Source of the DNA: Thermoproteota archaeon
GTDB taxonomy: Archaea; Thermoproteota; Thermoprotei; Thermofilales; B9-G17
Length of the DNA: 64,000 nucleotides
Reading direction: 5' to 3'
Assembly: GCA_029258885.1 (NCBI GenBank)
Contig: JAPDJW010000002.1
Coordinates: 416,001 to 480,000, forward strand
Below, piece by piece: positions 9,579-19,849 of this stretch; within the stretch, counting starts at the first letter, position 1, and each line of letters begins with the position of its first letter. A program made the translations under genes and the position numbers. Under the pieces are notes generated by a model. It did not search any database. It saw only the letters and a list, made by a program, of their open reading frames with translations, and was not told the DNA's origin.

Positions 9579-10523
9579 TTATTTGAAGTATTCTTGGATT
9601 GGAGGTACTACTTGCTTCTTCCTCGACATTAATCCCTTAATGTAGTATGCGTTTTCTCCTCTCGGCTCAAGCTCATATACTCTACCGAATATTTCCTTGA
9701 ATAGCTCCGGCTTTTCGGAGACGTAGAGGAGTAGGCTCCCCCTATTAATTATGTCAGTGAGCATCATTATGAGCAATCCATAGTTTCTCTCGGAGGCCAG
9801 CGTCTTCATCTCCCTAAGTATTTCATTGCGTTTAGCTTCAACCTCGCTTAAATCAACTGTTTCAACCTGCCCTATACCCACCTTAACTCCGCCGAAAATG
9901 TACTCCTTGAAGTCGGTTAAAATTATCTCCCTAGGGGTCTTCTCAGCTATCCTAGACTTAGCCTTAAACATATCTATTCCAAGCTTCTCCAGATCCTTTA
10001 GGCCAGCTATCTCAGCAAGCCTATGAGCTACCTCCTTATCCTCCTCAGTACATGTAGGGGATCTGAATATAACGGTATCTGATAGTATGGCTGAAACCAT
10101 GAGCTTCGCCAGGTCGGCTGGTATCTCGAATTCCCTATTAAAGAAGAACTTAGCGATAATAGTTGTAGTTGAGCCTATGGGCTCAATGTGGACGAAGATA
10201 GGCTTGGCTGTGACGAAGCCCCCCAACCTATGGTGATCTATAATTTCAAGTATCTCGGCTTCATCGTAGCCATCGACCATCTGGCTTGCCTCGTTATGGT
10301 CAACTAAGATAAGCTTTTTACCCCTTGCATTCTCAAGCAACATGGGAGGCTCTGCCCCAAACTTCTCAAAGACAAACTTTGTCTCAGGATTAAGTTCACC
10401 AGCCCTAGCTGCTACAGCATCTAGTCCAAGCCTTTTCTTAAACTCAGCGTAAGCCATAGCCGAGACAATAGTATCAGTATCAGGTTTCTTATGGCCGATG
10501 ACATATACGAGCATAAAGGTCAC
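9579..10523 (-). CDS. ppaC: Manganese-dependent (family II) inorganic pyrophosphatase
   Basis: GHKKPDTD, LVDHN, IIDHH, ILSDT and C-terminal SRKKQVVP motifs of the DHH/DHHA2 family. Confidence 0.95.
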   Translation of the reverse strand: MTFMLVYVIGHKKPDTDTIVSAMAYAEFKKRLGLDAVAARAGELNPETKFVFEKFGAEPPMLLENARGKKLILVDHNEASQMVDGYDEAEILEIIDHHRLGGFVTAKPIFVHIEPIGSTTTIIAKFFFNREFEIPADLAKLMVSAILSDTVIFRSPTCTEEDKEVAHRLAEIAGLKDLEKLGIDMFKAKSRIAEKTPREIILTDFKEYIFGGVKVGIGQVETVDLSEVEAKRNEILREMKTLASERNYGLLIMMLTDIINRGSLLLYVSEKPELFKEIFGRVYELEPRGENAYYIKGLMSRKKQVVPPIQEYFK

Positions 10524-10884
10524 CTAGAAAAAATGGGAATAACTGATATTTTTATTATTCGGGCGGTGGAGCCGGATACTCGGCTCAACGACTACAGCTG
10601 TTCCGAAGGCTGTAACAACAATGAATCCCTCAATTATCTCAAAGTCTACTCCAACTATAGCGTTTGCGCCCATATTCATAGCCCTATTCCTAAGGTCATT
10701 TAAAGCTTCATCCCTAGCTTTCTTAAGCTCCTCGAGATACGCCTTTCCTCTACCGCCCACTAACGCCTCTACTCCAGCTAGAATCTTCCCCTAAACCTCT
10801 AGTCCTAATGCTCATGCCATAAACAATTCCCAGAACTTTAACTATCCTGTAACCCGGAATGTTTGGAGTAGTTGCTACGATTAT
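10524..10884 (-). pseudogene. YbjQ/UPF0145 family gene, frameshifted and lacking a canonical start
   Basis: The 5' part IIVATTPNIPGYRIVKVLGIVYG is out of frame with ARDEAL...GANAIVGV...VTAFGTAV. The shift lies in GGTTTAGGGGAAG. The in-frame upstream codons are TAG CCA TCG, with no ATG, GTG or TTG. Confidence 0.75.
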
Positions 10885-11442
10885 CGATGGCTATATAATG
10901 CGTTCGCAAAATTTTAACGGAAGCATGTATAAATTATCTTTAGAAAGTAAGAGCTGAAATTCACATTTAATAACTATATTTTTAAATCAAAATGAACATC
11001 TTTTAGCTTAACTCGAAGATTTGATGATGATGAATAGCATATTTCATTTTACTAGGCTACACGGTTGGCGTGTATACGTCAGCTATTTGTAATCGAAAAA
11101 CTTAAAAATATTTGAAAAGAAACAGTTATATTGAATATATTAAGCATTAAAATAGATGCAATGGAACAATAATTTTTAAAACATATTTTTCAGCCTAAAA
11201 TTACTGTATTATAATAAATTAAAAATGTTAAAAATGCTTTAAATTACTTTATGGGGAAAATTTTCATGGAATAATCTGCTCATAATTCAATTCCTTAGCC
11301 TTAAAATTCTAATATTTCTCTTTTTAAAATTAAAGAGTATAGCTGAAATTGGGCTTTTTCGAGTAAAAAGGCTTATTAACATGGTATTTAGAGGGATAAA
11401 GACCGAGAGTTAAATATCTGGTTAGGATAGGGGAGGTATGGG

Positions 11443-12609
11443 GTGAAGAAGGAAGACTCGAGTAAACTTTTGCTCATAAACAACTTCATACAGAGTTTTA
11501 GGTGGAGTATAGTCAGCCCCTTTATGCCGCTATTCTATTATTCTCTTGCTGGCAGCTTTGCAGTACTGAATATAGTGAACTATTCATCCTCAATTATAGC
11601 TTCAATATTCGCCATAATATGGGCTAGAATATCCGATAGCTATGGAAGGAGGAAGCCGTTCATCATTTTATCGTATATAACGGGCATAGCTACAACCTAC
11701 ATGCTTGCACACATTAACACGATATATGAACTGCTCATACTGAAAATTGCTGGAAGCATTATTGGAAGTGCTGGCGGCTCATCCTTCTCAGCTCTGCTTG
11801 CAAAGAAGTTTAAGAATAATAGAGGCAAGGTCTTGGGTACGTATAATGCGTTGGGCATAGCTGGAGGAATAATAGGAAACCTGATCTCAGGCTATATCTA
11901 CGAGAACTACGGCATACGCGCCACGCTAGAGTACATATCATACTCAACCGTAATACCTCTGGCTATAGTCCTCCTAATAGATGAGGAGCCTGAGGAGAGG
12001 AAGCCTTTAGATATTAAATCTATGTTTAAGCCGCCTAAGATCCCCAAGAGCTTCATTAAATACTATCTGTATCACCTCTACGTATGCGGTAAGGGGGCTG
12101 TTACGGGCGGAATCTACGCAATATACTTTATAAACTATCTAGGCGGCTCTCCGCAGGAGTGGGCTATGGTAGTAACCTTAACCTCCCTCCTCTCCCTATC
12201 TTCCCCATTCTTCGGAAGCCTCATCGATAAATACGGCGTAAAATTTGCCTATTACTATTCGGCTATCGGCTGGATACTCCTCGACATAGGCTATATTCTA
12301 GCGAACGACCCCGTAACATTTGCTATAATATTTGTGCTACCAATAAGCGCTGCGTATTGGGTAGCATACAATAAAATTATATTTGATGCAAGCGATAAGT
12401 CTGAGAGAGCATCGTTCTTCAGCTATCTAGGATTAATTTCATCACTCTCCTCAATGGCCATAGGAGTGACTGCTGGCTACATAGCCGATATGTTCGATCC
12501 AAGATCTCTGCTAATTATCTCCGCAATATTATCGGTAACAGGGCTTATCCCACTAAAAATACTGTTCAGGGACGAAGATTTACGTCGCCAGCTATGCTCG
12601 ATAAAATAA
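11443..12609 (+). CDS. MFS transporter
   Basis: 388 aa, about 12 TM; motif A ARISDSYGRRK and a second copy GSLIDKYG. Confidence 0.9.
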   Translation: MKKEDSSKLLLINNFIQSFRWSIVSPFMPLFYYSLAGSFAVLNIVNYSSSIIASIFAIIWARISDSYGRRKPFIILSYITGIATTYMLAHINTIYELLILKIAGSIIGSAGGSSFSALLAKKFKNNRGKVLGTYNALGIAGGIIGNLISGYIYENYGIRATLEYISYSTVIPLAIVLLIDEEPEERKPLDIKSMFKPPKIPKSFIKYYLYHLYVCGKGAVTGGIYAIYFINYLGGSPQEWAMVVTLTSLLSLSSPFFGSLIDKYGVKFAYYYSAIGWILLDIGYILANDPVTFAIIFVLPISAAYWVAYNKIIFDASDKSERASFFSYLGLISSLSSMAIGVTAGYIADMFDPRSLLIISAILSVTGLIPLKILFRDEDLRRQLCSIK

Positions 12610-12685
12610 CCTAAATTTTTAATTTTTCTAAATAGTATAGTAAGATTAATATTATATTGTCTTACCTATTAATATTGGTTTTACG

Positions 12686-12928
12686 ATGATGCCAAGGAAA
12701 GATTTTATTGTTAAGGTAAGCAGTAAGGGACAGATAGTAATACCAGTTGAGATTAGGAGGCGTTTTAATATTAAGGATAAGGTACTAGTTAGGGTAGAGG
12801 GTAATGAAATAAAAATAATACCTATTATACCGCTTGAAGACCTCTTTGGCGTCGATGGAGATGCTATGAGGGATGTTGCGAGGGAGATAGTTGAGGAGAG
12901 GAGGGCTGAGCTAAGACTTGAGCAGTAA
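12686..12928 (+). CDS. vapB: AbrB/MazE/SpoVT-family antitoxin (VapB)
   Basis: VKVSSKGQIVIPVEIRRRF motif; overlaps the downstream PIN gene. Confidence 0.9.
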   Translation: MMPRKDFIVKVSSKGQIVIPVEIRRRFNIKDKVLVRVEGNEIKIIPIIPLEDLFGVDGDAMRDVAREIVEERRAELRLEQ

Positions 12929-13316
12929 ATATGTTGTAGATGCTGGAGCATTAGCCCTATATTTCTCAGGAGACAAGAGAATCAAGAAATATTTCGATAA
13001 TATATTTCGAGGCTATGCTATCGGTTATCTATGCGAGATTAATCTTGCAGAATTCTACTATAAGACAGCGGAGAAGCTTGGAGAAGAGGTAGCTAAGCTA
13101 AGATATATTTCGATAAGAAATTCCAGCATAAGGCAAATTGCTGCTGGAGGCGATTTAACGATAGAAGCTGCTAGAATAAAGCTTAGATACCGTAGGAGAA
13201 TATCGCTAGCTGATGCCTACTTGATAGCCCTCGCGCGCATGGTTAACGGCGTAATTCTTACGACGGATAAGACTGTAAAGGAAGTATATGGAAAATGCAT
13301 ATATTTTGAGGTTTAG
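12918..13316 (+). CDS. vapC: PIN-domain toxin (VapC)
   Basis: YVVDAG, INLAEF, ISLADAY and ILTTD PIN acidic motifs. Confidence 0.9.
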   Translation: MSSKYVVDAGALALYFSGDKRIKKYFDNIFRGYAIGYLCEINLAEFYYKTAEKLGEEVAKLRYISIRNSSIRQIAAGGDLTIEAARIKLRYRRRISLADAYLIALARMVNGVILTTDKTVKEVYGKCIYFEV

Positions 13317-15061
13317 GAGTATCCTATTAGCGCATAATATATTTCCTTCGCCTTAATGTTTGCCTCCCTTATTCTCCGTCTATTGACCTTATTTTTACGA
13401 TCATAGGTTAGTAGCCCATTAAGTTCTCCTTCAACATCGTAGAGCTGTGTATAGCAGTAGCCAGCTATACCCTTAAGTTTAGCAATATTAATTACAGCTT
13501 TTTCATAGTTTTCCAATAGATCATCTACGTTATCGAACCCATCTCCATAGTAGCATACCGGACGCCTAATTATAGGCTTCTGCCCCTTTAATCCCCATCC
13601 ACCAAACTCGCTTAAGACTATAGGTTTACTGGTATAGTCTATTTTTGAGGCAAATATTCTCCCATATTTAATCAGGAATTCCCTTGTTTCGTAGGCTTCG
13701 TTCCAGCTTTTCCTAAACTCTTCCGGGCTGACATCGACGGCTATGCTATAGTCGTGTATATCGAGTATATCAGTAACTACGTGGGCATATCCGCTGGTGT
13801 CAACTACGGGTCTAGTTGGATCAAGCCTCTTAGTCCTCCAGTATATTTCACTTATAAAGAACATAGCATAGGGGTCGCTCCTAGCCTCGCTCCTCTCGTT
13901 AAATGGAACCCAAGCTATAATACATGGATGATTGTAGTCCCTCAGAATAATATTCCTCCACTGACTCCAGAAGACCTCGAGATTCTCTCTCTTTAAACTC
14001 ATGCCCCAATCAGCCATTTCAAGCCATACAAGTACTCCAAGCTTATCGGCAAAATAGAGGTATCTAGGATCGGGAGGTTTCTGATGGGCTCTAACGCCAT
14101 TAAATCCCATATCAAGTAGCGCCTTTAAATCCTCCTCAAACCTCTCCACGCTTGATGGAACATATATGCCATCTGGATAATATCCCTGATCCAGGGCAAA
14201 CTGCAGAAACACCGGTTTACCGTTAAGAAGTATTTTATTCCCGCTTACCTCAATTCTACGGAAGCCTACGTAGGAATATATCCTATCAACCTCCTCTCCT
14301 GACTCCTCGTCCACTAGAATCAAGGATAAGTCGTATAGTACCGGATTATCAGGAGACCAAGGCTCAACACCATCAACTTTAAGCATTACTGTCATCTCCT
14401 TGGAGGCAACCATCTCCGAGCTAGCTAAAACCTCGCCGTTTCTTGAGACCTCAACCCTAAGCTTAAGCTTATCGATGAGTCCATCGAGGAAAGCCTTCAA
14501 CGTAATACTTCCATCGATATCAGCATTAACCGTAAAATGGTCTACGTAGCCCCTACCTGTAAACTCGATCCATACGGGCTGCCATATTCCAGTAACCCTA
14601 CTGTAAAGAACTCCCCTAGGATAAAGCCTACTATCCTGCTTGCCCCTAGGCTGATCTCCGTGCCTATCGACGACCCTAACTACAAGCACGTTATCCTCAG
14701 ACACGAGACCCGTTAAATCGAAACTGAAGGAATCATATCCACCGACGTGTTCCCCAAGCTTCCTACTGTTAAGCCAAACCGTAGCTTCATAATCAACTGC
14801 TCCGAACTTAAGTATGGGCTTTAAGCTCCTATATTGGCTTGGAATCTTAAACTCCCTAAGATACCACACCACATCATGAAAACAGTTATCACCGATACCG
14901 CTAAGCCTACTCTGAAAAGGATAGGGGACATTTATCTCCAAATCATAGTTATCGGGATTCAGACCGTACTCAACAGGTTCCTCATAATCGTCGAACATAA
15001 ACTTCCATTTACCTTGAAGCTCTAGCCAAAGATTTCTCCTAAAATCAGGCCTAGGATACAT
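13313..15061 (-). CDS. Glycoside hydrolase family 2 (beta-galactosidase/glucuronidase-like)
   Basis: L.GKWKF, FGAVDYEA.VWLN, GIWQPVW, LDQGYYP, VRAHQK; acid/base PFNE and nucleophile LSEFGG motifs. Confidence 0.9.
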   Translation of the reverse strand: MYPRPDFRRNLWLELQGKWKFMFDDYEEPVEYGLNPDNYDLEINVPYPFQSRLSGIGDNCFHDVVWYLREFKIPSQYRSLKPILKFGAVDYEATVWLNSRKLGEHVGGYDSFSFDLTGLVSEDNVLVVRVVDRHGDQPRGKQDSRLYPRGVLYSRVTGIWQPVWIEFTGRGYVDHFTVNADIDGSITLKAFLDGLIDKLKLRVEVSRNGEVLASSEMVASKEMTVMLKVDGVEPWSPDNPVLYDLSLILVDEESGEEVDRIYSYVGFRRIEVSGNKILLNGKPVFLQFALDQGYYPDGIYVPSSVERFEEDLKALLDMGFNGVRAHQKPPDPRYLYFADKLGVLVWLEMADWGMSLKRENLEVFWSQWRNIILRDYNHPCIIAWVPFNERSEARSDPYAMFFISEIYWRTKRLDPTRPVVDTSGYAHVVTDILDIHDYSIAVDVSPEEFRKSWNEAYETREFLIKYGRIFASKIDYTSKPIVLSEFGGWGLKGQKPIIRRPVCYYGDGFDNVDDLLENYEKAVINIAKLKGIAGYCYTQLYDVEGELNGLLTYDRKNKVNRRRIREANIKAKEIYYALIGYS

Positions 15062-15266
15062 GTATTCTAGAATGACGTGATAATGTTAAATACTTTTCGT
15101 ATAAAAACGCGGATCAGCTAAAATCATTTAAAATATGGCTTAATCGGGTAAAATTGATGAAACCACTTCTTATAATCTGTTTAGCGGTACTCCATTCCGG
15201 GTAGAATCTCGCAAAAAAGAGTTATGCTTATTATAACTAAAAATTAATGAGTAGCTAGGTGGAAAC

Positions 15267-16547
15267 ATGAGCGAGAAAACCTCTAGGCTACCTGGTTTCT
15301 ATAAGCTTACCCTTGAGGAGAGGCTTAAGAAGGTAGCTGAATTCGCCAACCTAACCGATGAGGAAGTAAACATGCTGAAGAAGGAGGGTAACTTAAGCCT
15401 AGACATTGCTCAGAGAATGATTGAAAACGTCATTGGAACAATGGCCTACCCCTTCGCAGTAGCCGTAAACTTCCTAATAAATAATAAGGACTACCTAATC
15501 CCAATGGTTCTCGAGGAACCTTCGGTGGTAGCTGCAGCCAGCAACGCCGCTAGAGTGATGAGGAAGTGGGGCGGAATACACACCACAAGCACAGGACCAG
15601 TAATGATAGGGCAGATACAGCTCGTAAACGTAGAGGATCCATTTGGAGCTAAAATGACGATACTCGAGCATAAGGATGAAATAATTAAGATAGCAAATGA
15701 GCAGGATCCAATACTAGTTAAGCTCGGCGGCGGAGCTAAGGACGTAGAGGTGAGGGTCATAGATTCACCCAAGGGACCAATGGTAATAACACACTTAATA
15801 GTGGACGTCAGAGACGCTATGGGGGCAAACGCCGTAAACACTATGTGCGAGAAAGTTGCCCCCCTAATAGAGAGAATAACTGGCGGGAGGGTTTATCTGA
15901 GAATAATATCAAACCTAGCAGACAAAAGGCTTGTAAGAGCACGGGTTAAGGTCGATAAAAACGATATAGGAGGAGAGGAGGTAGTAGATGGCATCGTAAT
16001 GGCCTGGGCGTTTGCGGCAGCAGACCCCTATAGAGCAGCAACTCACAATAAGGGAATACTAAACGGTGTAATCGCTGTAGCATTAGCGACGGCACAGGAT
16101 CATAGAGCAATAGAGGCTGGAGCTCATGCATACGCGGCCAAGACCGGTAGATACCTACCTTTAACTGTATGGGAGAAAGATAAGGATGGAAACCTGGTAG
16201 GCACATTAGAAATGCCTATGGCCGTGGGAATAGTTGGAGGAGCAACAAGAGTTCATCCAGTAGCTAGGATAGCATTGAAAATACTGGGTGTGAAAACGGC
16301 AACGGAACTAGCTGAAATAATGGGAGCAGTAGGATTAGCGCAAAACTTCGCAGCCTTAAGAGCTCTAGCAACTGAGGGAATACAGAGGGGCCATATGAAG
16401 CTTCACGCTAGAAATCTGGCAATGCAAGCTGGAGCTACGGGAGAGCTGGTCGATAAGATAGTTGAAATAATGGTTAGGGAAGGCAAGATAAGATACGATA
16501 GAGCCGTAGAGTTAGTTGAAGAATTTAAGAAGAAGGGTAAGCTTTAA
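15267..16547 (+). CDS. mvaA: Class II hydroxymethylglutaryl-CoA reductase
   Basis: SRLPGFYKL start; ENVIG; EEPSVVAA; DAMGAN; THNKG; EGIQRGHMKLH. These are class II signatures. Confidence 0.93.
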   Translation: MSEKTSRLPGFYKLTLEERLKKVAEFANLTDEEVNMLKKEGNLSLDIAQRMIENVIGTMAYPFAVAVNFLINNKDYLIPMVLEEPSVVAAASNAARVMRKWGGIHTTSTGPVMIGQIQLVNVEDPFGAKMTILEHKDEIIKIANEQDPILVKLGGGAKDVEVRVIDSPKGPMVITHLIVDVRDAMGANAVNTMCEKVAPLIERITGGRVYLRIISNLADKRLVRARVKVDKNDIGGEEVVDGIVMAWAFAAADPYRAATHNKGILNGVIAVALATAQDHRAIEAGAHAYAAKTGRYLPLTVWEKDKDGNLVGTLEMPMAVGIVGGATRVHPVARIALKILGVKTATELAEIMGAVGLAQNFAALRALATEGIQRGHMKLHARNLAMQAGATGELVDKIVEIMVREGKIRYDRAVELVEEFKKKGKL

Positions 16548-16582
16548 CGTAAAGAATTTAAATTTTAATTTAGCTTCATTTT

Positions 16583-16975
16583 CTATATATCGTAGTCAGG
16601 TTCATTATCTCGCGATACTTCAAAGCCCAGCTGAAACCCCGATCCGCCGGGAGGAGGCATTCCAGGGGTACCTCTATAATACATCATTTTATAGCATTCG
16701 TTAACTCCTTCGTCACTTGTCACTTTAATTACGGATGCTAGTGAACCTAAACTTATGATGAAGAGGCCTATAGCTATGAGGATAACTCCAACTATAATGC
16801 TTGCTAAATTTAATTCTGTAAGACTTGTAAAGTCCATTGTAATAAGGTAGGTTATGAGTGAAGATCCTCCAAGTAATAATCCAACATAGAATATTATGCC
16901 GCCTATAATGCTCCATAGTATAGAGAATACTATAACCTTAATAGCGAGCCAGAAACTCCTTCCCCAACCAGCCAT
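16583..16975 (-). CDS. Hypothetical small membrane protein
   Basis: 130 aa, two TM segments, Pro/Gly-rich tail. Confidence 0.6.
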   Translation of the reverse strand: MAGWGRSFWLAIKVIVFSILWSIIGGIIFYVGLLLGGSSLITYLITMDFTSLTELNLASIIVGVILIAIGLFIISLGSLASVIKVTSDEGVNECYKMMYYRGTPGMPPPGGSGFQLGFEVSRDNEPDYDI

Positions 16976-17224
16976 ACTAGACTCCGATTAAGTTATCGAA
17001 CATACATCTATATAAACTTTGTCTTTAAATGCATAATGTGATAAAAAATAGAATAATTATCATTTAAAGAAATATATAATGCATAAAATACATTCAGATT
17101 GAACTATGGGTATTATCAATTCACTGGAATGAATATATTAAAAATACAGCGTTTATCCTAGCTATTTTATTCATTTTAAAGTTCTATAAGTAAAAATTCA
17201 GGCGGATAATAGGATTAAATATTA

Positions 17225-18586
17225 TCATATTAGGTTTAGGTAATGAGCTATTAGTCCTGTAGCTATAGTTAACGCTAAAATTGGTGCTGCTATCTTAAGG
17301 CTCCTACTTATTGCCTCTCCCTCTAGTCCTTTCCCTCTTAATGACATCGAGCCTACCACAGCTTTTGCTGGCGAGATCATACTCCCCAATCCTCCTCCGA
17401 TATTCTGGGACGCCAGTATCAAGTATTTATTCAACGACAGCTTTTCGGCATACGAGTACTGGAGTAGGGTGAATATAATGTTTGAGGCAGTATTGCTTCC
17501 CGTTACGTATGTTCCAATGAAGCCTACTATTGGTATGAGGGGCACATAATAATATCCGAAGCTTTCAGCAAGAGCTTTAGCCAGTTCCTCCATCATCTTT
17601 AGGCCTTTAGACATATCGGCCGACATCGTAAGGACGATTATGGCTAATACCGATTTATACGAGTCCTTTAGCGTTTCTTTTCCTATACTTAGAAGTATCC
17701 CTACATTACTAATGTACTTTATGTGGAATATGAGTGAGGTCGTTATCACTAGGAGGCTTGTCTGTGCAAATCCTCTAAATCCGAGGATATTTCCAATCAT
17801 TAAGATTAGCGCCAAGGTGAGGTATGGATATAATGGGATAAGCACCTTAGAGGCTCTCTCCCTATAGCTTAGATAGATTACTATCATAAATACGAGAATA
17901 CTTGAAATCATGGCTGAATAGTTTAGGAGGATGGGTGATAAAACGAGCATAGTGATAGGCGCCAGGTACGCGGGGAGGGTTTGCTTTATTGACATCCTGT
18001 ACCTTAGTGATAAGATAGCTATTGTAAATATAAGCGCTATAACCATGTAGATACTGGTATACAGGAACATTTCCTCCTCAGGTAAACCGGTTAACTCAGG
18101 TATAACAAGCGTGGGTATTCCAAGCGAGGCGAAGGGTACAGCCCAAGAGTGACCTACTAAAACCATAGTTAAAGCGTCTACTGGCGTGATACCAAGCGAA
18201 ACTAGAAGTGGGGCAACTATCGTCACAGGTATTCCATAGCCTGTTAGGTTCTCTATAAATCCGGAGAAAACTACTGATAGGAGCGGTATAACGGCTTCCC
18301 TGTTGCCGCTAACTGCCAGCTCTTCTCTAAGCTTCTTCTCAAAACCTATCTTCACATAGGTTTTGTAGAAGAATAGTGCGGAAACAACTATTAGCGAAAT
18401 TTTAAAACCGGATAGTGCTCCATTAATTAGGGATCCTGGAATAACTCCTGTTAAGCCTAGATTCACTGAGGCTATAAGGCATAGAATCATCATTATAATA
18501 CTAGCTTTAAGGACGCTAATTTTAAATATCGATATCAAAAGCAGAGGTAGTAAAACATATGTTAATGCATAGAGAACCAGTAGCAA
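17225..18586 (-). CDS. L-lactate permease (LctP) family transporter
   Basis: FSGFIENLTGYGIP, FASLGIP, GTYVTGSNTASN and GGGLGSMISPAK resemble LctP motifs. Confidence 0.8.
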   Translation of the reverse strand: MLLVLYALTYVLLPLLLISIFKISVLKASIIMMILCLIASVNLGLTGVIPGSLINGALSGFKISLIVVSALFFYKTYVKIGFEKKLREELAVSGNREAVIPLLSVVFSGFIENLTGYGIPVTIVAPLLVSLGITPVDALTMVLVGHSWAVPFASLGIPTLVIPELTGLPEEEMFLYTSIYMVIALIFTIAILSLRYRMSIKQTLPAYLAPITMLVLSPILLNYSAMISSILVFMIVIYLSYRERASKVLIPLYPYLTLALILMIGNILGFRGFAQTSLLVITTSLIFHIKYISNVGILLSIGKETLKDSYKSVLAIIVLTMSADMSKGLKMMEELAKALAESFGYYYVPLIPIVGFIGTYVTGSNTASNIIFTLLQYSYAEKLSLNKYLILASQNIGGGLGSMISPAKAVVGSMSLRGKGLEGEAISRSLKIAAPILALTIATGLIAHYLNLI

Positions 18587-18660
18587 GCTATCACCACTAT
18601 TTTACGGCTAAATAGGCTAACATTTTAAATAAAATGGTAAATATATAGTTTAGTGGTTGT

Positions 18661-18984
18661 ATGAGAGTGAACGTTAGGTTTAAACTATGGCTTGAATACA
18701 ACGGCAAGCCTATAATAGGATATGGTGGCGCGAATCTCCTAAGGCTTATAGATGAATATGGCTCAATATCTAGGGCTGCCGAGTCCCTCGGTATATCGTA
18801 CAAGTTCGCTTGGAACTACATTAAGAAAATTGAGGATAGGCTAGGTTTAAAGATAGTTGAAACACACAGGGGTGGGACTAGTAGAGGGGGGGCTAGGTTA
18901 ACCGATGTAGGCAGGGAGCTCATGGAAACCTACTTCCACTACTATAATTTAGTAAATGAAGCGTTAAGGGAGGGGAGAGGCTAA
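18661..18984 (+). CDS. modE: ModE-type winged-HTH regulator (DNA-binding domain only)
   Basis: LLRLIDEYGSISRAAESLGISYKFAWNYI and RGGTSRGGARLT. No C-terminal Mop domains are present. Confidence 0.85.
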   Translation: MRVNVRFKLWLEYNGKPIIGYGGANLLRLIDEYGSISRAAESLGISYKFAWNYIKKIEDRLGLKIVETHRGGTSRGGARLTDVGRELMETYFHYYNLVNEALREGRG

Positions 18985-19017
18985 GATTTAAGAAGCATAC
19001 GGTTTAAACTATAGCTG

Positions 19018-19806
19018 GTGTTGTATTTGAGATGGGAGGAGCTAACTTCTTCGGATTTTAAGATGTTAGATAAGGATAACTTGGTGGCAATAATAGTTGT
19101 GGGCTCAATAGAGGTGCATGGACCACACTTGCCGTTGGGGACGGATACTATACTTACGTATGCAGCCGTATTAAAGGCTGCTGAAGTTGAGGATGCCTTA
19201 GTCCTACCGCCCTTATATTACTGCTATGTCCCGGAGAATAGGAACTTTGAGGGAACGATAACTATTTCAGGAGATACCTTCATTAAGCTTCTGGAGGAGA
19301 TTTGTGACGAGGTCTATAGGAATGGCATAAAAAAGATACTTATTGTAAATGGACATGGAGGAAACGTTAGACCATTAAGGCTATTTCTAAGGGAGATGCT
19401 ACGCAAGGGTAAACGCTACCAATTATACATAGTTACTGACGCTTGGTCTCCCTTCTCCAAGGAGATATCCGAGGTAAAGGAAAGTAAGGTCATTGGTCAC
19501 GCATGTGAAATTGAGACAAGCCTGATAATGCACGTAAGGCCCAATTTATGTAAACTAAATAGGGTTAAGGGCGAAGCCAAGCTGGGGGTAGAGAAGGTAG
19601 TTGAAGGAGTTGAGGCAATGGTAGACTGGATAAGCTATGCCATCGAGGGATACGTAGGCAACCCACTACTGGCTTCAAAGGATAAGGGCGAGAAACTGTT
19701 CAATGCATGGGTTAGGGGTCTAGTGGAGATTATAAGAAATATTAAGAGCGATAAACAGTATTCGAAGATACTTGAACTATACTATAGAAATTCCAACATA
19801 GAATAG
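19018..19806 (+). CDS. Creatininase/creatinine amidohydrolase family protein
   Basis: GSIEVHGPHLPLGTD, NGHGGN and HACEIETS metal-ligand motifs. Confidence 0.9.
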   Translation: MLYLRWEELTSSDFKMLDKDNLVAIIVVGSIEVHGPHLPLGTDTILTYAAVLKAAEVEDALVLPPLYYCYVPENRNFEGTITISGDTFIKLLEEICDEVYRNGIKKILIVNGHGGNVRPLRLFLREMLRKGKRYQLYIVTDAWSPFSKEISEVKESKVIGHACEIETSLIMHVRPNLCKLNRVKGEAKLGVEKVVEGVEAMVDWISYAIEGYVGNPLLASKDKGEKLFNAWVRGLVEIIRNIKSDKQYSKILELYYRNSNIE

Positions 19807-19849
19807 GCCTTGTAATATAATATTAGAAAAATATGGGGGAATTAAAATT

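Noticed and set aside
10760-10800. Programmed frameshift in the YbjQ gene
   Set aside because: No canonical slippery heptamer, and the start codon is also missing, so decay or sequencing error is more likely.
11018-11090. TGATGATGATGA run as a C box
   Set aside because: Low-complexity trinucleotide run without a matching D box.
15150-15210. TTGATGA C-box-like motif upstream of HMG-CoA reductase
   Set aside because: No CTGA D box at the expected distance.
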